A stretch of 59,078 nt of DNA, the filler included, from Sphacelaria rigidula (taxonomy: Eukaryota), in NCBI GenBank assembly GCA_964200075.2. It is 9 parts of 9 records of this genome, joined end to end, with 100 filler letters (N's around TTAATTAATTAA, not from the genome) between each part and the next. Parts side by side here need not be neighbours in the genome. Positions count along the whole stretch, not along the records: positions 6,577 to 13,052 come from CAXNAA020019858.1; positions 13,153 to 19,628 come from CAXNAA020019859.1; positions 19,729 to 26,203 come from CAXNAA020019860.1; 6 more parts are not named here. The stretch is one strand, 5' to 3'. The position numbers and the translations under genes are program-made. This document shows, piece after piece, positions 12,225 through 23,129 of this stretch. The notes beneath the pieces were generated by a model. It had not been told where the DNA came from. It saw nothing but the letters and a program-made list of their open reading frames with translations, and searched no databases. Position 1 is the stretch's first letter; each line of letters begins with the position of its first letter.

Positions 12225-12800
12225 TTTGGGGGAGCGTGGCAGCGTGCGTATCAATTTCAAACGTTCCGCTGCTGACCCTCATGCACAGGTGTTTTCGGCG
12301 CGCGTCTAACGCAAAACTGCTGTTTCTCGTTGAGTTCTGAGGCGGCTTGACCTATATGTTTTTTGTTCCCGGGGCTGGTGAGGCCCAGATTCATGTGTAG
12401 TTGTGTCAAGTTGTGCGTCACACATATGCATGTGTCCCCGCGGTTTTGCCCTTACTTTCCCCTCCGACCAAACATTTTCGGCTAGCGCAGAATGATTCAA
12501 GAAACTCCCAAACGAGTTTTCGATTACTTTTGCGCACGCAACTATTCTCATTCAGTCATGTCGGACGGGGGCGGTGGTTTTGCATCGGACAATCACAGCG
12601 AATGAAACGTAAAACAGATTTTTAGCAAGAGATATTCCTGCCTCAGTACAACACGACCTCAGGAACGTATCTTCAACTCATGAACCAACATTATTTTCAG
12701 AACTCTGATCACGTCTAGCAGCCCAACGACATTAAATTTGGATTGTGTGTCCCCCTAAGATTAGTACGCTTCGGGACGAACGATCTTCGTGGAATTGGAA

Positions 12801-12979
12801 TTCAGCTCACCCCTCATGCGACTCGCCGGTGACATGACAGCGCTTCGCGCTTGGTGATGGCGAGCCTGGTCCAGTGAACACCCGACTTCGTCCGTCCCGG
12901 CTTTGTCGGGATGCGAGATTGATTATCTCATGACTACGGCATATAGAATCACACGTAACCTCCCGACCCTCCCCCCCCC
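12801..12979 (+). repeat. Dispersed repeat module B fragment
   Basis: cagctcacccctcatgcgactcgccg...gtcccggctttgtcgggatgcgag... followed by a C-run. Confidence 0.75.
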
Positions 12980-13052
12980 TTGTCATCCGTCTCGAAAGGG
13001 AGGCGGGGGCAAGGGTGAAAAGAATAAAGCAAGCAAAAAAACAGGAAAAAAA

Positions 13053-13152
13053 NNNNNNNNNNNNNNNNNNNNNNNNNNNNNNNNNNNNNNNNNNNNTTAA
13101 TTAATTAANNNNNNNNNNNNNNNNNNNNNNNNNNNNNNNNNNNNNNNNNNNN
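13053..13152. other. Artificial contig linker
   Basis: N44-TTAATTAATTAA-N44. Confidence 0.98.
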
Positions 13153-13507
13153 CTTCCTGGATAAGTGTCATTCCGGGTGTCCGGATTGCCTGCTGGGGGG
13201 GGTTGAGGGGCGGTGAGCCGGCCGGATGGCAAAGAAAGAGAAGTGGCAAATGAAACGCGAAATATGGCGAAACAGTGAGAGGAGTAAAAACTATACGTGG
13301 ACAAAAGAATATCAACAAAGCCGGCTCGCTAATGATTCTTCGGAAAAGAAAATAACGTGAGTCTCTTTCTGTTTCGTGTATGTGAGCGTTTCAGCGAGCA
13401 CGGTGAGCACGGGCTGAACATGCATAAAACGGCTGTATTTGTCACCGGTAGACGTATACAAAAATACCGTTCGTTCTACTTGTTTTGCCCGTGCCCGCTA
13501 CCGAACT

Positions 13508-13776
13508 ACATGTGGGTCCACATGGATCAGCACCACTGCCACTTCATGTGGGTCCATATGGATCACGACCACCATATTGTGAGTCGACATGGATCATAAC
13601 CACCACCACGTGTGGATCCATTTGCATCCCGGCAATATGTGTCTCCACATGGGCCATGACCATTACCATACCACTACAGGTAGATATATTTGGATACCGA
13701 CGACAACATGTGTCTCCGCATGGATCATGGCCACCATTATACCACTACATTTGGATATACTTGGATCACGACGACC
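13508..13776. repeat. Degenerate ~30-36-bp minisatellite
   Basis: About 7-8 units resembling atgtgggtccacatggatcacgaccacc. Confidence 0.7.
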
Positions 13777-14794
13777 AAAAGCAAGATTAATGTAGACACC
13801 AACAAATCTACCTTGAGGTCGATCTCCGCCACCTCCGTATCGCAAGCGTAGTACAAGTCCGGATTCTCCATCAGAATCCGAACGACTTCGCGCGCCTGAG
13901 CCCTCCCCGCCACGATCTGAAGTCATCAAGTCATAATCCACGACAGTCAACGATTGCGCACACGAGCCAAAATTCTTGATTGCATTAGATTTTCACTCAT
14001 TTACGTTGTATACAGTACCATCCGTCTAGCCAACGCCCGTTTGTAATACAGTGACACCCCTGAAACATCTGTGCTCCGTCTCGAAAAGGGACGCGTGGTC
14101 AATGCCCATACGACTACGTAAGCAACATATGAGTACGTACGTTCCCCCTGCGACATCTGGTGATGTATCCATAGGTTCAAAATCGACATGTGTTATTGAC
14201 TTGACAAAAACGCACACCCTGAACGATAGATCACGTTGTCAAGAACCGCATTGCGTACAGTATCGACTTCTTCGTATATTGCAATAGACGATAGACGCAA
14301 TACTGTACACAGTACACGTTTTGACAATGTACTATTTTGTCCGGGGTGTGCACACATGAACATCGGAGACAGCTAACTGTCCACGACGTGAGCGCTCGAA
14401 GACTCAAGCTTGACCCGATAATCTTTGCATTAACGGAAGCAGTCGTGTCCTCGCCTACTCCCGGGAAATAGCCAACGTTTGTCAGTCACTTTACCCCTTG
14501 ATGAGCCCTGGATCGAGCACCAGTGGCGAAGAAAAAGTGGAAAGCCTTTGCTGTTTGGTCCTCAAAACTACACATGAGTCAGGATACTGGAAGCACTGGA
14601 AGCACATCATGCGCTGTATGAATATTGGTCCTCGGGGAGGAGCGGGTGAACTACGAGCATAGCGTCAGGGTTATCGGCACATCGAAGATTAGCCCGGCAA
14701 GCGTTCTCGGAGGACAAACGTTGTTGGCGCCCAGATGCGATATTGTTCCGAGAAGGGGCCTGGCGGCAAAGGGCGACATTGTTTCGGGGAGAGA

Positions 14795-15158
14795 TGTGTT
14801 ACCATCCCATCTATTCTGGGCGCCAGTCTACGCCTTTCGCTTAATGTGGGCGTATCAGCCTGGGTCACCTAGGAGGGAGGCCAACACAGGAGCTTTTTCT
14901 TCTCTCTATTGTTGTTCGAGTACTCCACCTTCCTTCTACGGCGCCCGCCCTATTTTTCATCGCCAGAGGGATTCAGCGGTCCCTTTCCGTCGTCGACGGT
15001 GAAGTCGAATTTTGTGTACCCACGACATAGTCGCTCTACACTGTTGGGCGTGGTGTGGGCAAAAACCCCAGATCGTGTGACTGCACCAGGATTCGAACCC
15101 ACGACCCGACCGCCAGTAGGTTTCGAGGTTACCAACTGAGCCACCGGGGGGCGACCGG
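14795..15158 (-). mobile_element. tRNA-derived SINE, full length
   Basis: Minus strand ccggtcgccccccggTGGCTCAGTTGGtaacctcgaaacc...gtgGGTTCGAATCCtgg (A and B boxes), followed by a ~290-bp body shared with the other copies. Confidence 0.85.
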
Positions 15159-16084
15159 TATGGAATAGACAAATGTGTCTACCACGGGCGATACTGTTGC
15201 GAAAATGGGTCTGATGCCAAAGGGCGATATCATGGTTGTTTAGCTAAGAGAAGTGAAGTTGAAAGGTTTTGCTTTTTCATAAATAGACGTGGTGCCCAGA
15301 GGCGATATTGGTCCGACAAACCGGGTCCGCGCCCTGGACAATAGACTACTACCTTGGCAATAAGTGTACTTCCTGTGTACGGTATTGAATCTATGGTCTG
15401 ATGCAACATAAACCGGATATTCGATACTCTACGCAGTACATGTGAAGACGGGGTTCCTCGGCGCACACTTCGTAGGGGATTTTCCCTTTACTTGTGGTGG
15501 TGATACCCACACAAATGCAATCTGTTGTCCGGGCTTTGAAAAGGGGTCTGCTGGCCAAGGGAAACGTTGTTGCCCGATGACCTGAGATGAAAGCCATACC
15601 TTTTTCGAACAGTTTGCGGTGAGGAGGCTTTTACTGGTTCATGAAGCACGCTTTGTTTATTCACGTAAAAATTCAAATGGTCACAAGCCAAGATTCCAGT
15701 ACCAGAACATAACTTGATTTTTTGCGAAAAATAACGCCTGGATTCGGCCTCACGATGTTTTATTTGATGATACTCCTGAATTAAACCCAAAAGGCGTAAA
15801 ACCATGTAAGATCTACAGTTACTCGAGAACGGGGATAAATAATTTTTAGCAGAAAAAACTTGCCACAAAAAAAAGCAATTTTGATCTATAAATTTTGGAA
15901 TAAGAACTAGAAAAAATATTTTGTCTTCGGGTTTTCAGCTGGATCGTAGGCACAGCGTGCGTTGGCAGACCACAAAAACGCATTCTGCGCACGGTAGGAA
16001 AGCTCAGGACTGTCAGCCTCACCAAAGATCCGAATCTTGACGTTCGCATTCAGATCCACAGTAATCTCAACAATGTCAATTTTT

Positions 16085-16330
16085 CAAGAGTCGACACATT
16101 ACACTCGTTTACGTGTCATGTGTCACGTTTCATGTCAAAAGTTAAGCCAGGCTAGTACTACGGTGGGGGACGGGGACCACGCGCGGAGCCCTGTTCAAAA
16201 ATCAAATCAAGTCAGGGCTCCCCACGGTGGTCCCGTCCTCTGCCTTAGTACTAGCCTGGCTCAACTTTTGACTAATTTTGACGTGAAACGTGATCATAAC
16301 GACTTATAATGTGTAACGTGTAGAGCCTTG
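16085..16330. mobile_element. Foldback MITE, CAAG termini, perfect 8-bp TSD
   Basis: Palindromic over nearly its whole length (gccaggctagtacta pairs with tagtactagcctggc). TSD CAATTTTT at 16077-16084 and 16331-16338. Confidence 0.88.
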
Positions 16331-16361
16331 CAATTTTTAGAGGCAAACTAGGACAAACTTT

Positions 16362-17642
16362 CAAGGGTCGAACGAATGAAGTATTCGTCTGGAAACTAGT
16401 CGAGTTTAGTGTGACTGATTCGTACCATACGGATCAATCAATCCTTAGGCTTTATTTTCAGCGTTGCAGCCCAGGTGCGCGCAGTCCAGGCACGTGAAAT
16501 GGCTCAAAAACTACGTGGAAACAGACCTTTTTCGACCAGCGGTCAACTCTTTTTTTCTTCTCTCTTTCGAGCAATCAGGCCTGAAAAATCGTAGATTTGA
16601 TGATTCGAACCGGCGATGATTCGTCCGAGCCGTGCAACCTTCCACACGTGGGACAGCTCAATGCGCTACCTCAAATACTGCTTCTTACTAGTGTGCTGAT
16701 CTAAATTATGAGCTAGCTCATTTGGCCGCTTTTTTCGACATTTGTCCCCTACAGCGCTGGACGCCGAGCACGCGCAGTAGCGCAAAGGTATCGATTCGAA
16801 TTCTCGGACCCCGCGGTCACGTATCTTGTGTTCTTAGACAAGGGATCTGAGAGCCCCCCTCCGATGAGTTATTTCAGGTGAGGTCAGTTCACCACTTGGG
16901 ATGGTGAGAAATTTCTCACAAACTTATAACTTCGAACAAACTATAGCACCAACACTGACAGTAATGTAGGGTTACTGTCTCACTCTGGCAAAGCTCGTCG
17001 GGTAAAAGACCTTGCCCGAATTCTCCAAGGGCAGGTCGAGTAGAGTTTACTCAATTGCGGGGTACTTTGAAAGATGTGCTTGGGGCACTCAAACTAGGGT
17101 AGAGTGTTGGGAGTCGTACCCCCCAAAAAACTGGAAAGCGATCCCTGAAACCCTGCCCCCAATCTGTGTACGTCAAGGACGACTTTCAAAATACCCCGCA
17201 ATTGAGTATACTCTATTTGACCTGCCCTTGGAATCGTCTGAGTACGCAGCTAGCTGAGTCGCCACCTTCTTTCACGGTCTCGTTCGTGAGTATTGCTCTC
17301 AAGCACCGTCGAACACAGAATGAACGTCGACACGTTTCACCGCATAAACGAAAAAAGAAACAAAATCGGCTATCGCCAGATTTCACGGTACGGACGAATC
17401 ATCGCCGGTTCGGATCACCAAATCCACGATTTTTGAGGCCTGATTGCTCCACAGAGGGGAAAAAGTTGACCGCCTGTGAGAAAAGGTCTCCACACAATTT
17501 TTGACTCATTCCACGTGCCTGAGCTGCGCGTACTTAGGTTGCAACGCTGGAAACGAAGCTCAAGGATTGATTGATCCGTGCGGTACGAATCAAACTAAAA
17601 TCAAGTAATTTCCAGTAGAATCATTCGTTTGTCCGACCCTTG
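16362..17642. mobile_element. Non-autonomous TIR element with ~270-bp diverged inverted arms, CAAGGG termini
   Basis: 16362-16636 is the reverse complement of ~17383-17642. Ends CAAGGGTCG...CGACCCTTG. The flanking 8-mers match at only 5/8. Confidence 0.78.
17026..17230. mobile_element. MITE nested in 16362-17642, same TIR family as 41107-42490
   Basis: ~48-bp TIRs CAAGGGCAGGTCGAGTAGAGTTTACTCAATTGCGGGGTACTTTGAAAG. TSD GAATTCTC/GAATCGTC (6/8). Confidence 0.85.
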
Positions 17643-18129
17643 CTAGATTTCTGCGAAAAAAACTCCATTATTCTAGTGGAACGACATACAAGAAACAATT
17701 ACAGGGGTAGTGAAGCACTGCGTAAGCAAGGCGGATTTTCTTACTACACTTTGGCGAAACCGTTATCACTCATCGCTTTATTCAGTAAGAATGAATGCGA
17801 AGATTTTTCTTCAATAGGGAAACAACCCAGACGATTAGGTGAAAGACATGACGCGCCGCCTGCCGCGGGACCGGTGAGTCCTTAGCTGACCGCTGGTACC
17901 TGAACATTCTCCACTTTGTCGTCATGTATTCGAGGAACCGCTGGCGCACATCTTGCCCCCGGATCCACCACCTGGGGCTCGCTAGTTACATTGCGCGCGT
18001 GGTCCTCCATCGACATCCTTTACTCATGCGGAGAGAAGCGGATGGTGGAGGGAGGGGAAGGAACGGAGCAAAGGTTATGGCATACATACATGGGTAGCGC
18101 ACTCGCTGGGATATTCGTCATCATTTGTG

Positions 18130-18340
18130 ACAGACGGTGCAGTTGGGATTGTTTTCATATATATTTTAGTATGGGACACAATCGGAACAGAAACAAGTCA
18201 CTACCTATGTATACATTTTGTATATGTATATATATATCCAACTGCACCGTCTGTGGGTCACAACTTATTTATTTTTTTATTTTCACATATATCTTAGTAT
18301 GGGACAATTGGAACAGAAACAAGTCACTACCTGTGTATAT
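18130..18340. repeat. 17-bp perfect inverted repeat overlapping a ~60-bp direct duplication
   Basis: acagacggtgcagttgg (18130) pairs with ccaactgcaccgtctgt (18238). ttagtatgggaca...ggaacagaaacaagtcactacct.tgtata occurs at ~18166 and ~18294. Confidence 0.75.
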
Positions 18341-18509
18341 TTCATAACCTTTGGAACGGAGAGAGGCTACGTTCAGGGCACACTACAACTCAGTATATTT
18401 GATCTATACCGGACAACGCACTCTGCTTACTGGAGGCTACAGACTCGTACACTTGACCTGCGCTGGACAGTAACACCCTCTTCGCTGGAGGTCGGAGAAA
18501 CGAACATTC

Positions 18510-18773
18510 CACGGTTGGGATGAATCATCGCCAGTTGGAATCACGAGATTCACGACTTTTCAGGCCTAATTGCTCGAAAGAGAGAAAAAAAGTCGACCGC
18601 TGGTCAAAACGGAATTCACGCAATTTTTGCGCCATTCCACGTGCCTGGGTTGCGCGTACTGTACCTGGGTTGCAACGCTGAAAATGAAGTCCAAGGATGG
18701 ATTCGTACGGTACGAATCAATTACACTAAAATCAAGCGTTTTCCAGGCGAATCATTCATTCGTCCAACCCTTG
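18510..18773. mobile_element. Solo right arm of the 16362-17642 element family
   Basis: Colinear with 17385-17642 and ends CAACCCTTG. Confidence 0.75.
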
Positions 18774-19084
18774 GAATCTATTCGACCTGCACGGGGACTA
18801 GAGACCTCGCGCTACAGGCTACCTACCGTAAACAAACTCCGCAGCACTTTGATCCGTGCTGAACCAAACAAAGCACTCTGCTCACTGCAGGTCCTCAACC
18901 AACACGTGTATTTTTTCCCCCCAGTTCTCTGGACAGAGAATGCCCTGTAGCCGAAGTGAGTGACAGAAGTACGATCGCCTCTTTTGCTGTCATCTTCGTT
19001 ATCGTTTTCTACATCTTCAGTTCATTTACTCCGTTTGTTCTCCTCTCCTCATACGTCTTTCTTCGCCCCCCCTCTACCACCGAT

Positions 19085-19545
19085 GGGGTCGGTGTTAGTT
19101 GGCGATGACGCTATAAAACACGCCACTCACTGCGTAAGCTAGGCAATCAGGCTGCCGATTTTTTTGCGCGCTTGCATCTTGTGCGGCGTGGGAGACCCTC
19201 AACTCCGCACGATGGGGATGATCGTACTACGTCGTGTGTAAATGGTGAGACACCCATGAGGCAGTGTATAAGTCGTGCCTGTCTGTGGAAGTGGCGATAC
19301 CAGACAATGAAGCAGCTCATTGTAGGCTGTCATGTATGTGCGGATGATCAGTAGGCTTCGGGCAGAACAATTTTAGCAAGATGTAGCTCACCCTTCATGC
19401 GACCAGCCGAACACACCACGGCGCTTCGCGCTTGGTGATTGAGTGCGAGCCTGTCTGGCGAAAACCCTTCAGCGAAAATCCGGCGTGCTCCGTCCCGGCT
19501 TTGTAGGGATGCGAGGTCAATGGTCTTATGACTATGGCATACATG
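19085..19545 (+). repeat. Dispersed repeat module B, long copy
   Basis: Colinear with 36520-37000 and 32370-32778. Confidence 0.85.
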
Positions 19546-19628
19546 CCGGTCGCCCCGGTCGCCCCGGTGGCTCAGTTGGTAACCTCGGAACCTTCTGACG
19601 GTTGGGTCGTGGGTTCAATTCTCGGAGT
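19545..19628 (+). mobile_element. tRNA-derived SINE head, cut by contig end
   Basis: gccccggTGGCTCAGTTGGtaacctcgg...gtgGGTTCAATTCTcggagt. Confidence 0.8.
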
Positions 19629-19728
19629 NNNNNNNNNNNNNNNNNNNNNNNNNNNNNNNNNNNNNNNNNNNNTTAATTAATTAANNNNNNNNNNNNNNNN
19701 NNNNNNNNNNNNNNNNNNNNNNNNNNNN
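19629..19728. other. Artificial contig linker
   Basis: N44-TTAATTAATTAA-N44. Confidence 0.98.
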
Positions 19729-20386
19729 CTTGGACCGCGGTGCCGGTAGTACATGTGGACCACGTATACTTTTTTCAAGTGAATATTGATGCCGATTCAG
19801 CAGGTGACCTACTCTCGCGGTCCAACGGTTAGCTCCTCCTGCGGAGGTTTTGGGAGGAAGATACTTTCGCTCTGTGTTACTCTTTCGTATCTTCCCTGCA
19901 ATAGAGAAATGGGACTTCAACGTCATTTTTGTTTCAACCCCAAAATTTAAAATCGTCTGTTAATAGATGGAGCCGTGTCTCTCTCGCACACCTCCTCCTA
20001 CGAAATGCTGAACACTACTGCAAATATGTGCTAGAGCACATGTTCTGCATACATACATAGTTGTGCAAAGGTACAAAAATGACGGCGGGTGGCTGCATGT
20101 GCTGTTTTTTCGCTACCTCAACTGCGGGTTTTAAATAAAATAAAAGGGTCGGAAGCACGCTGCACGATACAACGATGCAGCCCACCCCAAAACCAGTTCC
20201 CAACACTGTCAGGAAGAAGGTGACCATACAAGGCGTGATAGCTGGTTCAGACTGGATGAAGCGCCTCTCATGGGCGCTACTGGCGAAACAACCCCAAGCA
20301 TGGGAGTTTCCACCATCTCGTTGTGCGTGTGTCCACTTTTGTTGTTGTTCGTTTCACTCAATTGACTGTATCTAACACTATATATA

Positions 20387-20794
20387 TCGTGAGATTCAGA
20401 ACGTAGTTTCAGATTCAGAGTGGATGCGCTAGCGTTCCTAACAGGCAATCTTCTTTTTCTTTTTGCTTGAGCACACGTCCTGTGCATGCAGTGGTCTGGT
20501 CGGTGAGATACCGCACAAAGCATTTTCACGCCTGGGGGGCATTTCGGAACTGAAATTGTTTCAGGCACTAATCGGTTTTTCCTGAAGGAAGGATCTATTG
20601 TTGCAATGGACTGCCTACGTCGTTGCGATCAAGTGATGCGTCAAATTGATCGTGTAGGTGACAGCTTTCATTGAAGCCACCACTTCACCCGCTGGGCGCA
20701 TCACTCCTCGAACTGTGGCGATGTCAAAATAGATGGGAAAGTCAATTGTTTCGGGCCCGACTCTGAATCTGAAACTACGTTCTGAATATCACGA
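20387..20794. mobile_element. MITE with 35-bp TIRs
   Basis: TCGTGAGATTCAGAACGTAGTTTCAGATTCAGAGT matches the revcomp of 20760-20794 at 34/35. TSD not clear. Confidence 0.75.
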
Positions 20795-21242
20795 ATTCAG
20801 GGTTATCGGTATTTCCCCCGGGGCTGCCAGGAGCTTAGTAGATATTACAGAGGTGCGGTAGCTCACGCTCGTGTCAGCGCAGCAGGCAAGTACCTCGCTG
20901 GTACATTTTCCCTGCTCTTCACTTCAAAAATATGCGTGTACACAAATGTCCAGCACCGTACTTGCGTCAGCGGCAGTTGCGCGACGGGGACATCGCCCTC
21001 TTACGTGTTCTGTAGCGCTCAGAGGCACGTCGTGTAAAAAATGCCGCACCCTGACGGTGGTTTTTCTTTTGAACTGCTCATCATGCTTGGCCTACCGTAT
21101 AGAAACTTCTGGGTTAGGTTTACATGGCCCTAACTGCTTGCGTATCCCGAGCCTATGGGACGGAACAAATGTCGATGACGACTTCAACCTCTCCCAAATG
21201 ATGAACCTCAACTTCGATTCCACGCTGTTTCTTTTCACTTCA

Positions 21243-21461
21243 TGCAATTATAAGACACAATCGCGGACAGCAGGTGTGACTTATCCTACCCGGACAGTGG
21301 GGGTATGTAGGACGTAGCTTTTCACTCGGTAAAAGGGTACGGAGTATAATGAGCCGAGGCGTGGACTTGGACTGGACGGACTCTGCAAGGCAAGACGAGC
21401 CGGGTTGACTAGCCCGGGGTTACTAGTAAGCGGGTCGGGTCATATAGAGGTCATAATAACA
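21243..21461 (-). mobile_element. Candidate 3' LTR (TG...CA, 219 bp) of the Ty3/Gypsy element
   Basis: Minus strand starts TGTTATTATGACC and ends TTGCA. Its first 62 nt are repeated at 25451-25512. Confidence 0.6.
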
Positions 21462-23129
21462 CAATCTTCATTCGATTTGTGCATCTGACTCGTGACACGT
21501 GATCCAAGGATCCACTACCCCTTTCAGACATTCGCAACATGTATGTAGGGCAGGGGGCGAGTTGAGGAGTATCAATCGCTCGTTTTCCTCGACATCCGTA
21601 TACGAATCGCATGCGGATATCCGGATATCCGGATTCCGGATATCCGCCACCTTTTTTAACCCATGGATTGATCCGGAAAATAAGGCTGCCGAAAGTCCGG
21701 AATCCGCTGCGTTTAAAAAATTCAGACGGAGCACATCTCTAATTGGAATTATTTGGCATTGGATTCAATCAACGAGAAAAGAATGGCTAAGACTTTTGAG
21801 CACATGGGCACCTTCCCCATGATCAATGTAATGGGGTTACGGTGCTGTTATGGCAAGCACAGGCTCACTAGGCAAGACAAGGGGGTCAGTCCTCAAGACT
21901 GAACGGCCAGGCGGAAGGACAAAGCACCGTATCACACAGACGTGCTCAAGTAATCCAGTATCTCACGAATAAGTTATATTTTCTTTATTGCTTGGTCTCG
22001 ACCTTCCAGTATCCACTCAATCAATCCAATCTCACGCTCAGTATATCAGTCTCACCAATGGTGGACTTCTTGCTGAGAGAGGAGCAGTAGACGGTAGTGT
22101 TTGGTAGTGCGATGGGTGGGGCTTGATTTGTACAATATCATATCAAATCAAGCCGTCACCATCTCTACCACATACAAATTCATACTCGTACCTGACCAAC
22201 TCTGAACAGACCTACAGTCTTGGGTCTTAGGATACCCTAATTGCAAATATAAAGCCGGACTCATCAACGGGTTTGAGGCGGCATGATAATAGACTCATAT
22301 GCGTCCTCATGACACCAACCCACCCAGACGAACTGTTATTACAACTGCGAGGATATATCCTCAAAGCAGCGAAAACTAAGTTATTTACCCGTAAAGTCAT
22401 GAGCGGCTAATTAAGCATACCTAAGGAAACACTCCCGTACCCAACACCCCCGTACCCACTCCCACGCCTGAAAAGAAAGAAGCATAGAAGCGCTTCGAGG
22501 AGCAGAAAAACTGCTTTGAAACGCGGAAGCACAAACTGCTTCTGCGTGCCAGCGATCAACGAAGAAGCACAAATTGCTTCGGCGTCCTAGCAAAACGAAG
22601 GGAGAAAATAGGGAGGTACAACAAGGAGCAGAGCTTCAACCTGGGGGAATCCAAAGGTAAAAAATCCAAGATCAGAAATCTGAAAATCGGTGATCCAACG
22701 AGATCGAGCCCCAACCGAAAGGGGATACTATAGCTCCACCAGTCGTAAATGGTGGTTGTCTTCAGTAACTCTTCGATCGTCGTCCGATGTAGGTCGCCCT
22801 GTTGTGATGTCGCAAAAGAGGGTCCTAGTGGAGAAGGGAGGGCAAATAATACTACAGAAAAGGGGGGGGGGGGGGGGGCAACAGTTGCGACGAAGGGGGG
22901 GGGTTCAAAGGGGGGGGGGGGGGTGGGGGGGGGGGCGGAGGTTGGGTAAGAGACCGNNNNNNNNNNGGGAGAGAGGGAGAGAGGGGGTGGGGGGGAGAGA
23001 GGGAAAGGAAGAAAGAAGGAGGGGGGGGGGGGGGGGGGGGGGAGCAACAGTTGCGACGAAGGAGCGTGGTTCAAAGCGGGGTGTGGATGTCGTGGGTGTG
23101 GCAGATGTTGCGCTAGAGACCGCGGCGAA

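Noticed and set aside
15080..15158. tRNA gene (A and B boxes; also at 11648 and 19545)
   Set aside because: No convincing acceptor stem or cloverleaf, and wherever the sequence continues it runs into the same ~290-bp body, so it is a SINE head.
22334..22446. Alternative 113-bp TGTT...AACA LTR
   Set aside because: No second copy in the window, whereas the 21243-21461 repeat has a partner at 25451-25512.
22556..23110. Proline-rich C-terminal half of the 327-aa ORF and apparent duplication around the N10 gap
   Set aside because: 22860-22956 looks like a G-enriched, low-quality re-read of 23020-23120 across poly-G, so it is probably a sequencing or scaffolding artefact.
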